64,000 nt of DNA from a virus (IMGVR_UViG_3300021090_000015:1782-65781); one strand, 5' to 3'. Shown: positions 1 through 9,103, counted from the first letter of the stretch. A program made the numbers and translations. Notes: generated by a model from the letters alone, not told the origin.

Positions 1-1
1 C

Positions 2-2002
2 AAGCGCGGCACGCGGGGAGACCTGGTCATCAGGTTTACGGATGAGTCTGTTGATTACCTGAAAAACTGCCGCGTTCTGAATTTGGTCCCGGACCAGGGC
101 CACGATGACGTATGGATTGCTTTGCTGCAAACGGGCGCGACAGCCTGGCGCGCGGTGACTGCGAGCACATATGCCTGGAATCTCTCCGGGACGGGTGGGA
201 CACACACAGAGACACTGCCCGGCACAAACGACGAGACGCGGCTGAGCATCGAGTTCGAAGCGAGCGGGCTGCCAACGGTTGGATATCTTTATCAGAGACT
301 TTATCGCCTGGTTCCACCGGCGGGCGTGACCTATGGTGTGCGAGCGTGGCGTGTGGATATCGACACCGCGGCGTTGATCGCGGACAATGCCAACAAATGC
401 CAGATCAATAATGGAGCGGGCATCGGGGCGGGTGATGCGACCATCCCCTATGATACGGTGACAGGATCGATCCCCAGCAAAGGGTTGGGATATGTGGGCA
501 CGGAGCAGATCGCCTGGACGGGCAAGACCGGCACAACCAGTGGAAACCTGACGGGCTGTACACGCGGGCTGCATGGCACGACGGCGGCATCGCATGCAGA
601 CAATGCCGAGATCAAGCTGAGTCATATGCAGGCGGATTGCAATGACCTGCGCGTGTTCCTGGGAGATGTGGAAGCGCGACGCACCATTATTTCACCGAAC
701 GATGCGACGACGAAAGTTTGGATCCACGCCCTGGATTTGAAGACGGGATTCCGGTTGACGCTGGGAACAGCGATCGCCAGCTCCGGAGATATCACGACCC
801 TGCAATTTGCGATCAACGCGACGCATCAGCAGATGATCAATGTGATGCCGGATGAGGGGATCGTGTATCACGGGACGGAATGGATCGCATACCGAGGCCG
901 GAATGTGGCAGCCTGCCAGTTATTGAATCCGACCCGTGGGATCCTATCCACCACCCTGCAGGCGCATAGTGCTGCCGATTCTTTTGATTTCATCCCGACC
1001 GCGGTCAAGATCGTTTACGGAAATTCGGCGGTGGGGGATCCGGCAAGTGATGACATTTATTACGATGAGACAAAGCCATTATTTGATCTGACCAATTCGA
1101 CTAATTCACAGTGGGTATACAGCGCATCGACACTGTTCTACGATCCGCTCGAGCCGAACCGGCCGGGGGCATGGCAATCGGAGATCACGAGGCTGGGCGA
1201 TGTGAGCACGGCCTACGACGAATCGGAAGAGGTGGATGGTGGGGACCCGGCCTTGGGATGCAAGATCGCGGCGTTTTTGAAAGGCACGGCCTGGATCGCG
1301 GAGAACGCATCGATTGCCTGGAAGTTCTACAGTCCGGGTGGGATCCAGGAGATCAGCGCGACCGGGCAGACCTACCGGAATGCAAGCAGTTTTCCAGCGG
1401 TTGCAGCGCTGCAATATCTGGGCGTGATCGCGCAGACCCTGATCACAAAGGTGAAGAAAAAAAAGAAAACAAAGACCACCACGACCACCATTTATTCCAG
1501 CGCGTGGATCTCGCTTTGGAACGAGGCATCGCCTGCAGCTGTGGATACATGGACAGCGTGGACTCATAATACAGTTTCCGTGCCCAGCACGAGCACGTGG
1601 GTGCGGTTTGCTTTCATCGGCACACTGGCTGCGCTGGCGGATGCGATGGCTGCCTTCGAAGCGCTGACGGTGACCGTGGTATTTACAACAGCGAATGTTC
1701 CCAGCGGGTCCCTGTTGAGCGAGACCACCAATTACCAGCTGGATCTGCAGCTGATCAATAATACGAATGGCGATTCGTTCGAGTTGGATTTCCCGATGAA
1801 GATGGGCGTGCCATTTGTGATCGATGGTGAGGCTTTCACCGTGCAGTACGAGGGTGTGAATTCTCATGATGCGATGACGCTCAACGAGGAGAGCCGCGAT
1901 GTGTTTATTCGCCTGGATGCGGGAGGCAATGATCTGCAGGTGATCAGCGGTGACCTGGGGACGCTGGCGGCGAGTCTGAGTTACTACCGGAGACGGCTGT
2001 GA
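2..2002 (+). CDS. Phage tail-associated protein (5'-truncated by window)
   Basis: Frame is open from base 2. Thr/Gly/Ala-rich beta-type sequence; C-terminus (LDAGGNDLQV...YYRRRL) resembles siphovirus distal-tail proteins. Confidence 0.55.
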   Translation, partial: KRGTRGDLVIRFTDESVDYLKNCRVLNLVPDQGHDDVWIALLQTGATAWRAVTASTYAWNLSGTGGTHTETLPGTNDETRLSIEFEASGLPTVGYLYQRLYRLVPPAGVTYGVRAWRVDIDTAALIADNANKCQINNGAGIGAGDATIPYDTVTGSIPSKGLGYVGTEQIAWTGKTGTTSGNLTGCTRGLHGTTAASHADNAEIKLSHMQADCNDLRVFLGDVEARRTIISPNDATTKVWIHALDLKTGFRLTLGTAIASSGDITTLQFAINATHQQMINVMPDEGIVYHGTEWIAYRGRNVAACQLLNPTRGILSTTLQAHSAADSFDFIPTAVKIVYGNSAVGDPASDDIYYDETKPLFDLTNSTNSQWVYSASTLFYDPLEPNRPGAWQSEITRLGDVSTAYDESEEVDGGDPALGCKIAAFLKGTAWIAENASIAWKFYSPGGIQEISATGQTYRNASSFPAVAALQYLGVIAQTLITKVKKKKKTKTTTTTIYSSAWISLWNEASPAAVDTWTAWTHNTVSVPSTSTWVRFAFIGTLAALADAMAAFEALTVTVVFTTANVPSGSLLSETTNYQLDLQLINNTNGDSFELDFPMKMGVPFVIDGEAFTVQYEGVNSHDAMTLNEESRDVFIRLDAGGNDLQVISGDLGTLAASLSYYRRRL

Positions 2003-2104
2003 TGTTTCCTAACCACAAAGTGTCACGATCCTGCTCTCTGCCCAAAGGGAGAATGAAGAGAGCGGGACGAAGGAGCACAAAGGAAAAACCGGAAGGCAAA
2101 TGCA

Positions 2105-3130
2105 ATGAGCAGTAGAGTCGTCGTGCATGGCCTGGATAACCGGAGTGTGGGAGAGTTGCGGGGGATCGTGAACCGCGGCTGGACATTGATCGGCGATCCC
2201 AACACAAAGCCGGGCGGAGAGACGAGCATCATATTGGACAGTGTCTCTGCTTCGAAGCCCTGGATGCAACTGGGAAGGATCGTGACGATCGCTCATCCAA
2301 AGCTGCCGACGTGGGCAGGGGTGATCGATACGCCGTGGAGCGCTAGGCTGCCGGTGAAATTGGGGATATATAACATCGAGTATTTATTCAACCTTCGAAC
2401 GCCGGACGCTCCACTGATGTTGACGGGCATGACCGGTGATGTCGTGCAGACGATGATCGAGCAGATCAATGCACAGGAGGAAACCTATTTGCGGGTGGGT
2501 GTGGTGGATGACGATGCGGTGCGCCAGGAGACACTGGACGAGCGTCCCTATTGGGAGCAGCTTACAGAGTTGATGGAACGGGCGGGGATGGAGCTGCAGA
2601 TCCGTCCGGTGAAGGAGGAAGGCCGCGTATATCTGTATGTGGATGTGCTCGAGCGAGTGGGACGCGATACCGGATTTCTTTTCCACGATGGGGAGAATGC
2701 GAATATGAGCGTGCTGGATGCATCCATCGATAATGAGATCTGGAACCGCGCGGTTGGGATTGGGGATGAGAGCACGAAGACCGGCCGCAAACGCACTCCC
2801 CCACTTTATGAACCCGGATCGATCCGCGACTTCAGAATGCGGTCCAGAAATGTACAGTTCAGGGATGTGCGCGAGGATTCGACCCTGGTGAGATATACAG
2901 GCGCTTATGTGCAGACTGCGAGCAGACCGTTGCTGCGCATGAAGGTGATCATCGAGGACGTGGAGGCTGCATTCGAAAATGCGGCTGTTGGGAATACAGG
3001 TATTTTCCATGCGCACAATCTCCATTTGCCCGCAGGTCGAGTCGGGTGGAAGGGCGAGGCGCGCATGAAGGCGATTGCGTATGATGAGAAGAGCAGCACG
3101 GTGGGGATGACAGTGGAGGCAGAGTTATGA
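2105..3130 (+). CDS. Phage tail/baseplate hub-like protein
   Basis: 341 aa, position in tail module, overlaps next gene (ATGA). Confidence 0.5.
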   Translation: MSSRVVVHGLDNRSVGELRGIVNRGWTLIGDPNTKPGGETSIILDSVSASKPWMQLGRIVTIAHPKLPTWAGVIDTPWSARLPVKLGIYNIEYLFNLRTPDAPLMLTGMTGDVVQTMIEQINAQEETYLRVGVVDDDAVRQETLDERPYWEQLTELMERAGMELQIRPVKEEGRVYLYVDVLERVGRDTGFLFHDGENANMSVLDASIDNEIWNRAVGIGDESTKTGRKRTPPLYEPGSIRDFRMRSRNVQFRDVREDSTLVRYTGAYVQTASRPLLRMKVIIEDVEAAFENAAVGNTGIFHAHNLHLPAGRVGWKGEARMKAIAYDEKSSTVGMTVEAEL

Positions 3131-4419
3131 GTTTTATCGATGAGTATCTTGACAAGGCCAGACCGGAGAACCTTGCGAATGTGGTGCGCAGCCAGGCTGT
3201 GAGCGCGCGTGAGCTGGCGCGGCGGACGTTGAATGTGACGACGCTGGACCAGATCACGCCGAGGGTGGGGACCCGGATCGATACGATCGGGAATGTGGGG
3301 CTGACGAGATTGAACCGTCTTCTGCTGTTTACGGTGAATGCCACGCCACCGATCGTGTTGCCTTCGGATGCATTGACGGGTTCCAATATTTTGGAAGTGA
3401 TCCTGACCGGCCAGTTCTTCCAGAATACGGGTTCGAACCAGACGATCACCCCAAGATTTTATATCGGGAAGGCGGGATCTGAGACTCTGGTGAGCTCAGA
3501 TACGCCGTTGACGGTTGCTTCAGGAGCGGTCCGGAAAACGTTTTTTTATACACTGCGTGTGAGCGCGGCTCCGAGCGGCGGGACCAAGGTGCAGGTGGAT
3601 GAGAAATTCGATCTGGAACATGCCACGGCTGGCACGATCAACACGATCATGCGGACCACGCGAACGACAGTGATCGATATTACCGAGTTGAGCGAAGTGG
3701 ACAGTTGTTTTATCCGCATTGCGAATGGCGCCACACCGACCATGTTCCGCATTTATACGAACACGGTTTCGGTGCAGGTGCTGGACGCTGTGCAGGCGGA
3801 GGAGATCCACTGGTTCAGCCAACCGATCGGGACAGCTGGGGATGATACCTACCTTAGTTCCGGTTTTCCGACCACCAATTACAGCGCCAATGCCTGGCTC
3901 ACCATCGGGGAAGCGAACACTGCGGTCGAGGCCTTCAGAAGTTTGATCAAGTTTTCGGAGCTGGATAATTTTTTGACAGACCCGGACCTGATCGGTTTTC
4001 AGATCTCGGAAGCCTATCTTTATTTGACGATCTCCGGGGATTTTTCAAGCAATGCACGGACATACGATCTTTATCGTCTGCTGGTTGATTTCGTGGAGGC
4101 GCAGGCGACCTGGAACGTCCGCAAGACCGCCACGAATTGGGGAACCGCGGGCGGGCAATCCGGCGTGGATTACGACGCGACCGCGGTGGCGAGTTGTTCC
4201 TTTGGTGCTTCAGATGCTGTCGGGATCGTGAAGTCCTTTGGGTTCAGTGCATCCGGCATTGCTGAATTGCAGAAGATCATCGATGGCACTTATCCCAATT
4301 ATGGGTTCATCGCAATCGCACAAACAGAATCGAATGATGCCTATATCTTCGATTCGGCTGAAACGGCCACGCCAGATCTGTCTCCAATGTTGTATCTGGT
4401 GGGGACGAAACCGAATTAG
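3127..4419 (+). CDS. Tail-tip protein with C-terminal DNRLRE/CBM96-like domain
   Basis: DDTYLSSGFPTTNYS...RSLIKF...A.LYL...TWN...W...G...NYGF...F.S.E...P.L motif series. Confidence 0.65.
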   Translation: MSFIDEYLDKARPENLANVVRSQAVSARELARRTLNVTTLDQITPRVGTRIDTIGNVGLTRLNRLLLFTVNATPPIVLPSDALTGSNILEVILTGQFFQNTGSNQTITPRFYIGKAGSETLVSSDTPLTVASGAVRKTFFYTLRVSAAPSGGTKVQVDEKFDLEHATAGTINTIMRTTRTTVIDITELSEVDSCFIRIANGATPTMFRIYTNTVSVQVLDAVQAEEIHWFSQPIGTAGDDTYLSSGFPTTNYSANAWLTIGEANTAVEAFRSLIKFSELDNFLTDPDLIGFQISEAYLYLTISGDFSSNARTYDLYRLLVDFVEAQATWNVRKTATNWGTAGGQSGVDYDATAVASCSFGASDAVGIVKSFGFSASGIAELQKIIDGTYPNYGFIAIAQTESNDAYIFDSAETATPDLSPMLYLVGTKPN

Positions 4420-4447
4420 GTCAAGGATGAATTATGAAGGATGAAGG

Positions 4448-4717
4448 ATGAAGAAGAGTGCTGCTCAGTGGTCGGCTTTCAGCTTTCAGCAGTTGGCAGT
4501 CCTTGTGGTGGCAGTGGTTGTCTTTGCAGGGTTCATCGTCTTGCGTGTGTCGCAGGGTGACTGGCATGATGCTTATTATCGCGGGGTGTATGAGACCTGT
4601 GTGAGGGAGAGTGTGGTGAATGGGCAGGTGACGCAGTTCGATCTGCGCATGTGCGAGGAGTTGGAGACACGTGCACGAAAGGAAGGGTGGATGGAGGAGG
4701 AGCTGGTGAGACCGTGA
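4448..4717 (+). CDS. Small membrane protein
   Basis: 89 aa, single hydrophobic segment. Confidence 0.5.
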   Translation: MKKSAAQWSAFSFQQLAVLVVAVVVFAGFIVLRVSQGDWHDAYYRGVYETCVRESVVNGQVTQFDLRMCEELETRARKEGWMEEELVRP

Positions 4718-4888
4718 CCCCACCCCCACCCCTCCCCAAATATCCGCGAAGAGCAGCGGTCGTGAACAAGAAAAATTTGTGGGTTTTTTCGGGGTGTTGT
4801 GATATGGCTCGACTCTAATGCGTGCGTCCTGGGGCTTCCTGGTGGCACGATTTTTAGGACCATCCCCAAATGTTGTTAGAATGGGAAT

Positions 4889-5437
4889 ATGAATGGACCA
4901 GTGGACCGGCCACGGATTTTTTCACATTTGACACGGACGCGATTTTTGCACATCGAGGATGCGCTCGAGCGCGGGAAGCTGCGCTTCTTCATCGGGGAGT
5001 TCGAACGAGGGAAGGGATCGAGCGGGACTGCGTACGCGTTCCTGGATGTGGAGGATGCGCGCGTGATCCTGAGCGATCTGGCGGACGGCAAGCCGGTGGA
5101 TTTCATCGATTACAAGGGCGGCAAATCTGGAGACAAAATTATTTCCCGCGTGTTGAAGATCAAGACGAGGGAGCAGCAGGTTTGGTTACAGGTGCAGAAT
5201 GGGCAGGGAGTCATGCAGGGCGGCGTGATCAAGCCAAACGGACAGGCAGCCGCGGACATATCGATCCCGTTGACGATGTTCGAGGCGAGGACTCTGGGTC
5301 ATGCGTGTATGGCGTATTTGAGGGTATGGGAGGTGGGGAAATACATTTCACCACTAAGTGGCACAATCCCGCTCTCTGCCCAAAGGGAGAATGAAGAGAG
5401 CGGGACAAAGGAACACGAAGGAGATAGTAATCAGTGA
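4889..5437 (+). CDS. Conserved hypothetical phage protein (homolog of 39359..39850)
   Basis: FSHLTRTRFLHIEDALERGKLRFF identical in both copies. Confidence 0.75.
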   Translation: MNGPVDRPRIFSHLTRTRFLHIEDALERGKLRFFIGEFERGKGSSGTAYAFLDVEDARVILSDLADGKPVDFIDYKGGKSGDKIISRVLKIKTREQQVWLQVQNGQGVMQGGVIKPNGQAAADISIPLTMFEARTLGHACMAYLRVWEVGKYISPLSGTIPLSAQRENEESGTKEHEGDSNQ

Positions 5438-5645
5438 TCAGTGCTGCAAAGCGCATAGTCACTTAGGCTCATAATGCCAGTCCGCAGGGGATTGGCGTTT
5501 TGGGGCAGGCAGGGGCGGGACAGGGCTGGGCGGCGCGAAAATGGGAGGAGACGACACGACGAGCGCGCGGGAGTGGACTGCGCGCCAAGTGACTACACGA
5601 GATGTTATAGAACACTTATTCGACATTTAATATTATAATAATCGC

Positions 5646-5915
5646 ATGGAAATGCAACTGGAAATGGTCATGATGACAAACACAGACGAGATCCTGACGA
5701 CTGCCCAGGTCGCCAAAATGCTGGGCGTGACACCAGCCACTGTCAACAATTGGTTGAAGTCGAATCTTGGCTATTTCCCGAATGCCTATCCGTTGAGTCC
5801 CACACCGAAATCGCCATGGCGCATTCCGAAGAGCGACGTGGAGGCGTTCATCGAGCGGCGCCGAAAGGAACGCGGGTATTTTTATCTGCCCATTCCGCCC
5901 AAGGATGATAATTAA
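5646..5915 (+). CDS. Excisionase/MerR-like HTH DNA-binding protein
   Basis: ILTTAQVAKMLGVTPATVNNW...WRIPKSDV; homolog at 40897. Confidence 0.75.
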   Translation: MEMQLEMVMMTNTDEILTTAQVAKMLGVTPATVNNWLKSNLGYFPNAYPLSPTPKSPWRIPKSDVEAFIERRRKERGYFYLPIPPKDDN

Positions 5916-6046
5916 TTTGATACCCTTATTGACTTTGGGGGCTGGCTCGGTGTGCCATCCGTTGAGTGCAGGGAACGGATCTGGATTGACAGAGCGTACG
6001 TTTAGCATGTCTCAGGCGTAAGCTGCATAGCCAGTGTCGTGAAATA

Positions 6047-6086
6047 GGATGCCCAGGATCATGCGATCTTGGGCATCCGTGTTTTT
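6047..6086 (+). terminator. Intrinsic terminator hairpin
   Basis: GGATGCCCAGGATC-ATGC-GATCTTGGGCATCC followed by GTGTTTTT. Confidence 0.55.
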
Positions 6087-6234
6087 ATTTATTATTTTTG
6101 TAGTGATCGAGGGTGGCAAAAATCGCTAAGATCAATATCACGACGACGAAAACAATGCCGCCTTCAGGATGTTCGATGTATGGCATAGGTTGATCATTTC
6201 TTGTGTAGCCAGGGCGCTGTGGATGGATACAAGA

Positions 6235-7101
6235 TTATGCGAGGGCGTCGAAGAAATCTACTTCATGAACAATGACGATCTGTTTTCCCTGCTGGCGAAG
6301 TTGGATCACTTTTTCAATTTTACGACCGTAGCATGAATATGCCCAACATGGATTTCCTTGAGAACCAACCACAAGGTAGTTTAGGCGAGGTGACACATCT
6401 CGAACAACTTTCGCTCCGCGATCCAATACCATGATCTGCATCTCTTCACGGGTGGCGCGTTCTGATTCGCCGGTGAAACAGAATCGTTGATCTTCAAAAA
6501 CGATCTCAGGCGCTACTGCACAAATCCCAACCAGAGGTTTTATCTCTGCTGATGGAGAAGCGACACTTAAACTACCGGTAGTAAATCCGCCGAAAAATTC
6601 AAGTAGTGCTTTTTGTTCCTTGGGATCGATCCAATTATCTTTTAGAGCCGAAGTGATTAGGCTATCGACCTCATCATAGGGCCAGCATTTGCGAAGATGA
6701 TCATTATCGGCGATCCAGGATGAGAGCTTTTCAACTTCTTCTTCGGTGATCACGCTATCTGCAGCGATAGCGCCCAGGATGCCCTGCAAACGTTGGATGT
6801 CTGCTGTGACCTGGTTGTAATATTCCGTCGATCGCAATTTCTCGCAAAGCCAAGTGAGATCTTCATGCTCTTCATCCGATAAAACGCCATCTGCCATGGC
6901 GTCGATCAGAGGCGGGACTAGCTCGTTATATGGATGCCGATTCGCAAGGCTTTTGTTTTCGTCCACCCATTTGGCAAGCAATTCCCATTCCTGGATACTG
7001 ACGGTCCGATCCGCGGCAATGCCTTCGAGAATGCCCAGTAAGGTATTGATGGCTTTATCTAGGCAGGCTTTCGTGGTGTATTGGAAATAATCTTTGGACA
7101 T
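6235..7101 (-). CDS. BRCT-domain protein with duplicated TerB-like helical N-terminus
   Basis: C-terminal FCFTG...RGA...VS..LNYLVVG...W..S.YGRKIEK...IVHE.DF is a typical BRCT; two N-terminal L.GI..AI.AD..I...E repeats. Confidence 0.8.
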   Translation of the reverse strand: MSKDYFQYTTKACLDKAINTLLGILEGIAADRTVSIQEWELLAKWVDENKSLANRHPYNELVPPLIDAMADGVLSDEEHEDLTWLCEKLRSTEYYNQVTADIQRLQGILGAIAADSVITEEEVEKLSSWIADNDHLRKCWPYDEVDSLITSALKDNWIDPKEQKALLEFFGGFTTGSLSVASPSAEIKPLVGICAVAPEIVFEDQRFCFTGESERATREEMQIMVLDRGAKVVRDVSPRLNYLVVGSQGNPCWAYSCYGRKIEKVIQLRQQGKQIVIVHEVDFFDALA

Positions 7102-7144
7102 GGCTGCACCCTTTCTCCGGTTGATGCGTCTTATATGTTGCCTC

Positions 7145-7173
7145 TTGACAGCAGTGGATAAGGCGGATAAGAT
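7145..7173 (+). promoter_or_regulatory. Sigma70-type promoter for leaderless HTH gene
   Basis: TTGACA-17-TAAGAT with ATG 6 nt later; same layout at 43489-43518. Confidence 0.65.
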
Positions 7174-7179
7174 AAGCGC

Positions 7180-7392
7180 ATGAACAAAAAGGATCTAATG
7201 ACTGTTCCAGAATTCGCCGCTGAAATAGGCATGGCGCGCAATACGGTGACTCGATGGGTGCAGGCTGGCAAGATAAAGGGCTTCAAAAAAGATCCTTTTC
7301 AAGCCAGGACCTCACCCGTTTTTATTCCACGCAGCGAACTTGAGCGAGTGAAGAAGTTGATCGAGCAGCAAGAGAAAGAGTTTGGTTCATAG
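7180..7392 (+). CDS. Excisionase-like HTH protein
   Basis: MTVPEFAAEIGMARNTVTRWVQAGKI; points toward att; close homolog 43526..43723. Confidence 0.8.
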   Translation: MNKKDLMTVPEFAAEIGMARNTVTRWVQAGKIKGFKKDPFQARTSPVFIPRSELERVKKLIEQQEKEFGS

Positions 7393-7413
7393 CGCTGGCC
7401 ATTAAAAAGCAGA

Positions 7414-7437
7414 GCGCCTGCTCTAGCAAGCAGGCGC
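7414..7437 (-). terminator. Terminator hairpin downstream of the tRNA fragment
   Basis: GCGCCTGCT-6-AGCAGGCGC with A-tract to its left; covarying copy GCGCCCGCT/AGCGGGCGC at 44224-44248. Confidence 0.6.
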
Positions 7438-7508
7438 CCGAGCAATGGCTGGGTGTAAGGTAATCGCAGTACCTTAACAACTGAATAGTTCAGTAATTTC
7501 CCAGACAA

Positions 7509-7557
7509 AGCGGGTGATGGGACTCGAACCCACGATATCTTGCTTGGGAAGCAAGCG
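7509..7557 (-). tRNA. 3' half of tRNA-Gly(CCC) = att core at A/B junction (not a complete tRNA)
   Basis: Minus strand CG-CTTGC-TTCCCAA-GCAAG-ATATC-GTGGG-TTCGAGT-CCCAT-CACCCGC-T; no 5' acceptor strand nearby. Confidence 0.85.
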
Positions 7558-7627
7558 TTCTGGCGTTCATCCATCAACTTGAGAACAATTTATTCCCAAG
7601 TTAATCTGTGAGAATTATACCCTTCAA

Positions 7628-8476
7628 TCAGACATGCGGCGCAGGATTTTCACCCAACAAATGATCGACAATCAGGTACTTTCTGACCTGTTCAAGCCGG
7701 AGTGTGCGGGTGTAGCGCTTGATCATGTCGGAGGATTTCCAACGTCCCATTTCCATCAGGCTGCGCTCGGATGCCCCATTCAGGACACCCATGACTGCCA
7801 TGGATCGGCGCAGATCGTGGACGGATAGCGTGATGCCGATCCTCCAACCCCATTCGCGAACAATCGAATACAAGCCCTCGGGAGTCAGTCCCTGGCCGGT
7901 CCTGATGTGTGTGAACAGGAAGCCCTGCCCATCGGCGATCCTGCGGAAGGACATCCAACGTGCGATGTGAGCGGCGGTTTGTTCGCCGAAGATGGCAGCC
8001 TCCCACTGGCCGCCCTTGACGATGACTTGCAGGATACGACGCTCCAGATCCGTGTCGGCTTGTTGCAGCCTACAGATTTCCGATTCACGCAGTCCGGTAT
8101 CGAGGGCGAGTGAACAGATGGCGAGGTCGCGGGCGCCCTTGGGATCATAGGGGTCGAAGGATGCCAATAGTTTGAGAGCGATTTCGGGGGAGAGCGAACG
8201 CTGCGGTTTTCCCTGAATGCGTTTGATTTTGGCGGTGAGCGCCGGATGAGAGCGTCCATATTTCCAGGCAAGATATTTTTGTGTGGCTGCCAGTGCGAGA
8301 CACTGGCGCGCATTCCCCCACCCGCTTTGATCCAATATTTTCAATAATTCCGGAGCCGTCATGTTGACCAGATCCTGGCTCCTGGTCAACACGCGGCTCA
8401 GGATGTCCTGATACGTCCGCCTGGTAGAGGCGGCATAAGGGAAGGATGCAAGGAAGTTCGATAGATCGATTTTCAT
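7628..8476 (-). CDS. int: Phage tyrosine integrase
   Basis: TGLRESE, VKGG, HDLRR, MGRW, RYT catalytic residues; adjacent to att. Confidence 0.9.
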   Translation of the reverse strand: MKIDLSNFLASFPYAASTRRTYQDILSRVLTRSQDLVNMTAPELLKILDQSGWGNARQCLALAATQKYLAWKYGRSHPALTAKIKRIQGKPQRSLSPEIALKLLASFDPYDPKGARDLAICSLALDTGLRESEICRLQQADTDLERRILQVIVKGGQWEAAIFGEQTAAHIARWMSFRRIADGQGFLFTHIRTGQGLTPEGLYSIVREWGWRIGITLSVHDLRRSMAVMGVLNGASERSLMEMGRWKSSDMIKRYTRTLRLEQVRKYLIVDHLLGENPAPHV

Positions 8477-8581
8477 GTTTCACCTGGAATTTGGATGGGC
8501 ATAGCCAGGCTCGGTGTCCCCCGAGTCTGTGTGCATCCCGACGCGATTTGCTGAGAACAGATCATGCGGGATTTCAAAAAA

Positions 8582-8634
8582 GCAACCGCCCTGCTGGTGG
8601 AGATCAACCACGAAGACCCCAGCAGAGCAGTTGC
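8582..8634 (+). ncRNA. Candidate structured RNA, copy 1 (stem with GGAGATCAACCACGAAGACC loop)
   Basis: Long stem around a 20-nt loop identical in copies at 9104 and 45390. Confidence 0.55.
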
Positions 8635-8902
8635 AATCTGATTTTACATGATTTGCCGCTTTGCGCAAATCAGGAAAGGAGATCAGCCATAGCGATGTTT
8701 CAAACCAGCCAACAAAAAAGAATGAATGTGGGCGCGGCTGTTGTTGTTGTCGCCAGTCCCTATTATGCAATCCCAGACGGTGCACGAACAACCATCGAAG
8801 CCATAAAGCTTCATCATTTCGGCCCAGGGTTGCATTTGTATATTCTGTCCAATCTGCCCTGCAAGGCTTTTTTAGAATTTGAAATCGAAGAGGAGATCAA
8901 CC

Positions 8903-9100
8903 ATGCCATTCAAGCAGAAAAGTGACGGTTCGTACGAATCAGATCCAAAGGGGACGCTCAAACTGCCGCCCGGTGATTCGCTGACCAGGGAACGGCCGGC
9001 AGTGGAATATTCGAACAACGATCTATACAAAGGGTCGTTCCCACTCAAATCGGACGGTTCGGTCGATTGGCAGAAAATCGCCGACGAGAAGAGCAAGTGA
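8903..9100 (+). CDS. Hypothetical early protein
   Basis: RBS AGGAGATCAACC-ATG. Confidence 0.6.
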   Translation: MPFKQKSDGSYESDPKGTLKLPPGDSLTRERPAVEYSNNDLYKGSFPLKSDGSVDWQKIADEKSK

Positions 9101-9103
9101 GTT

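Larger units (their letters stand above)
1..7557. mobile_element. Prophage unit A (right-hand remnant: tail-tip genes plus immunity/excision end)
   Basis: Tail-like ORFs, then genes homologous and syntenic to the end of unit B (4889~39359, 5646~40897, 7180~43526), ending at a tRNA-Gly 3' fragment. Confidence 0.8.

Noticed and set aside
4421-4460. Heptamer tandem repeats (GGATGAA; AGTGATC at 5424, 30157, 39240; GTCGAAG-like at 32140-32210) as a system
   Set aside because: Short degenerate low-copy repeats with no associated enzyme in the window; most likely host-type intergenic repeats.
5609-5622. LexA (GAAC-N4-GTTC) box
   Set aside because: It has a mismatch (GAAC-ACTT-ATTC) and is not conserved at the equivalent unit B position.
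7509-7610. Complete or permuted tRNA-Gly gene
   Set aside because: No GCGGGTG 5' acceptor strand or D-arm is present near either copy; the nearest CACCCGC matches lie inside int coding sequence.
8500-8540. SAH riboswitch (CCAGGCTCGG resembles its 3' end)
   Set aside because: The 5' GAGGAGCG.TGC element is missing and the unit C copy changes the motif.
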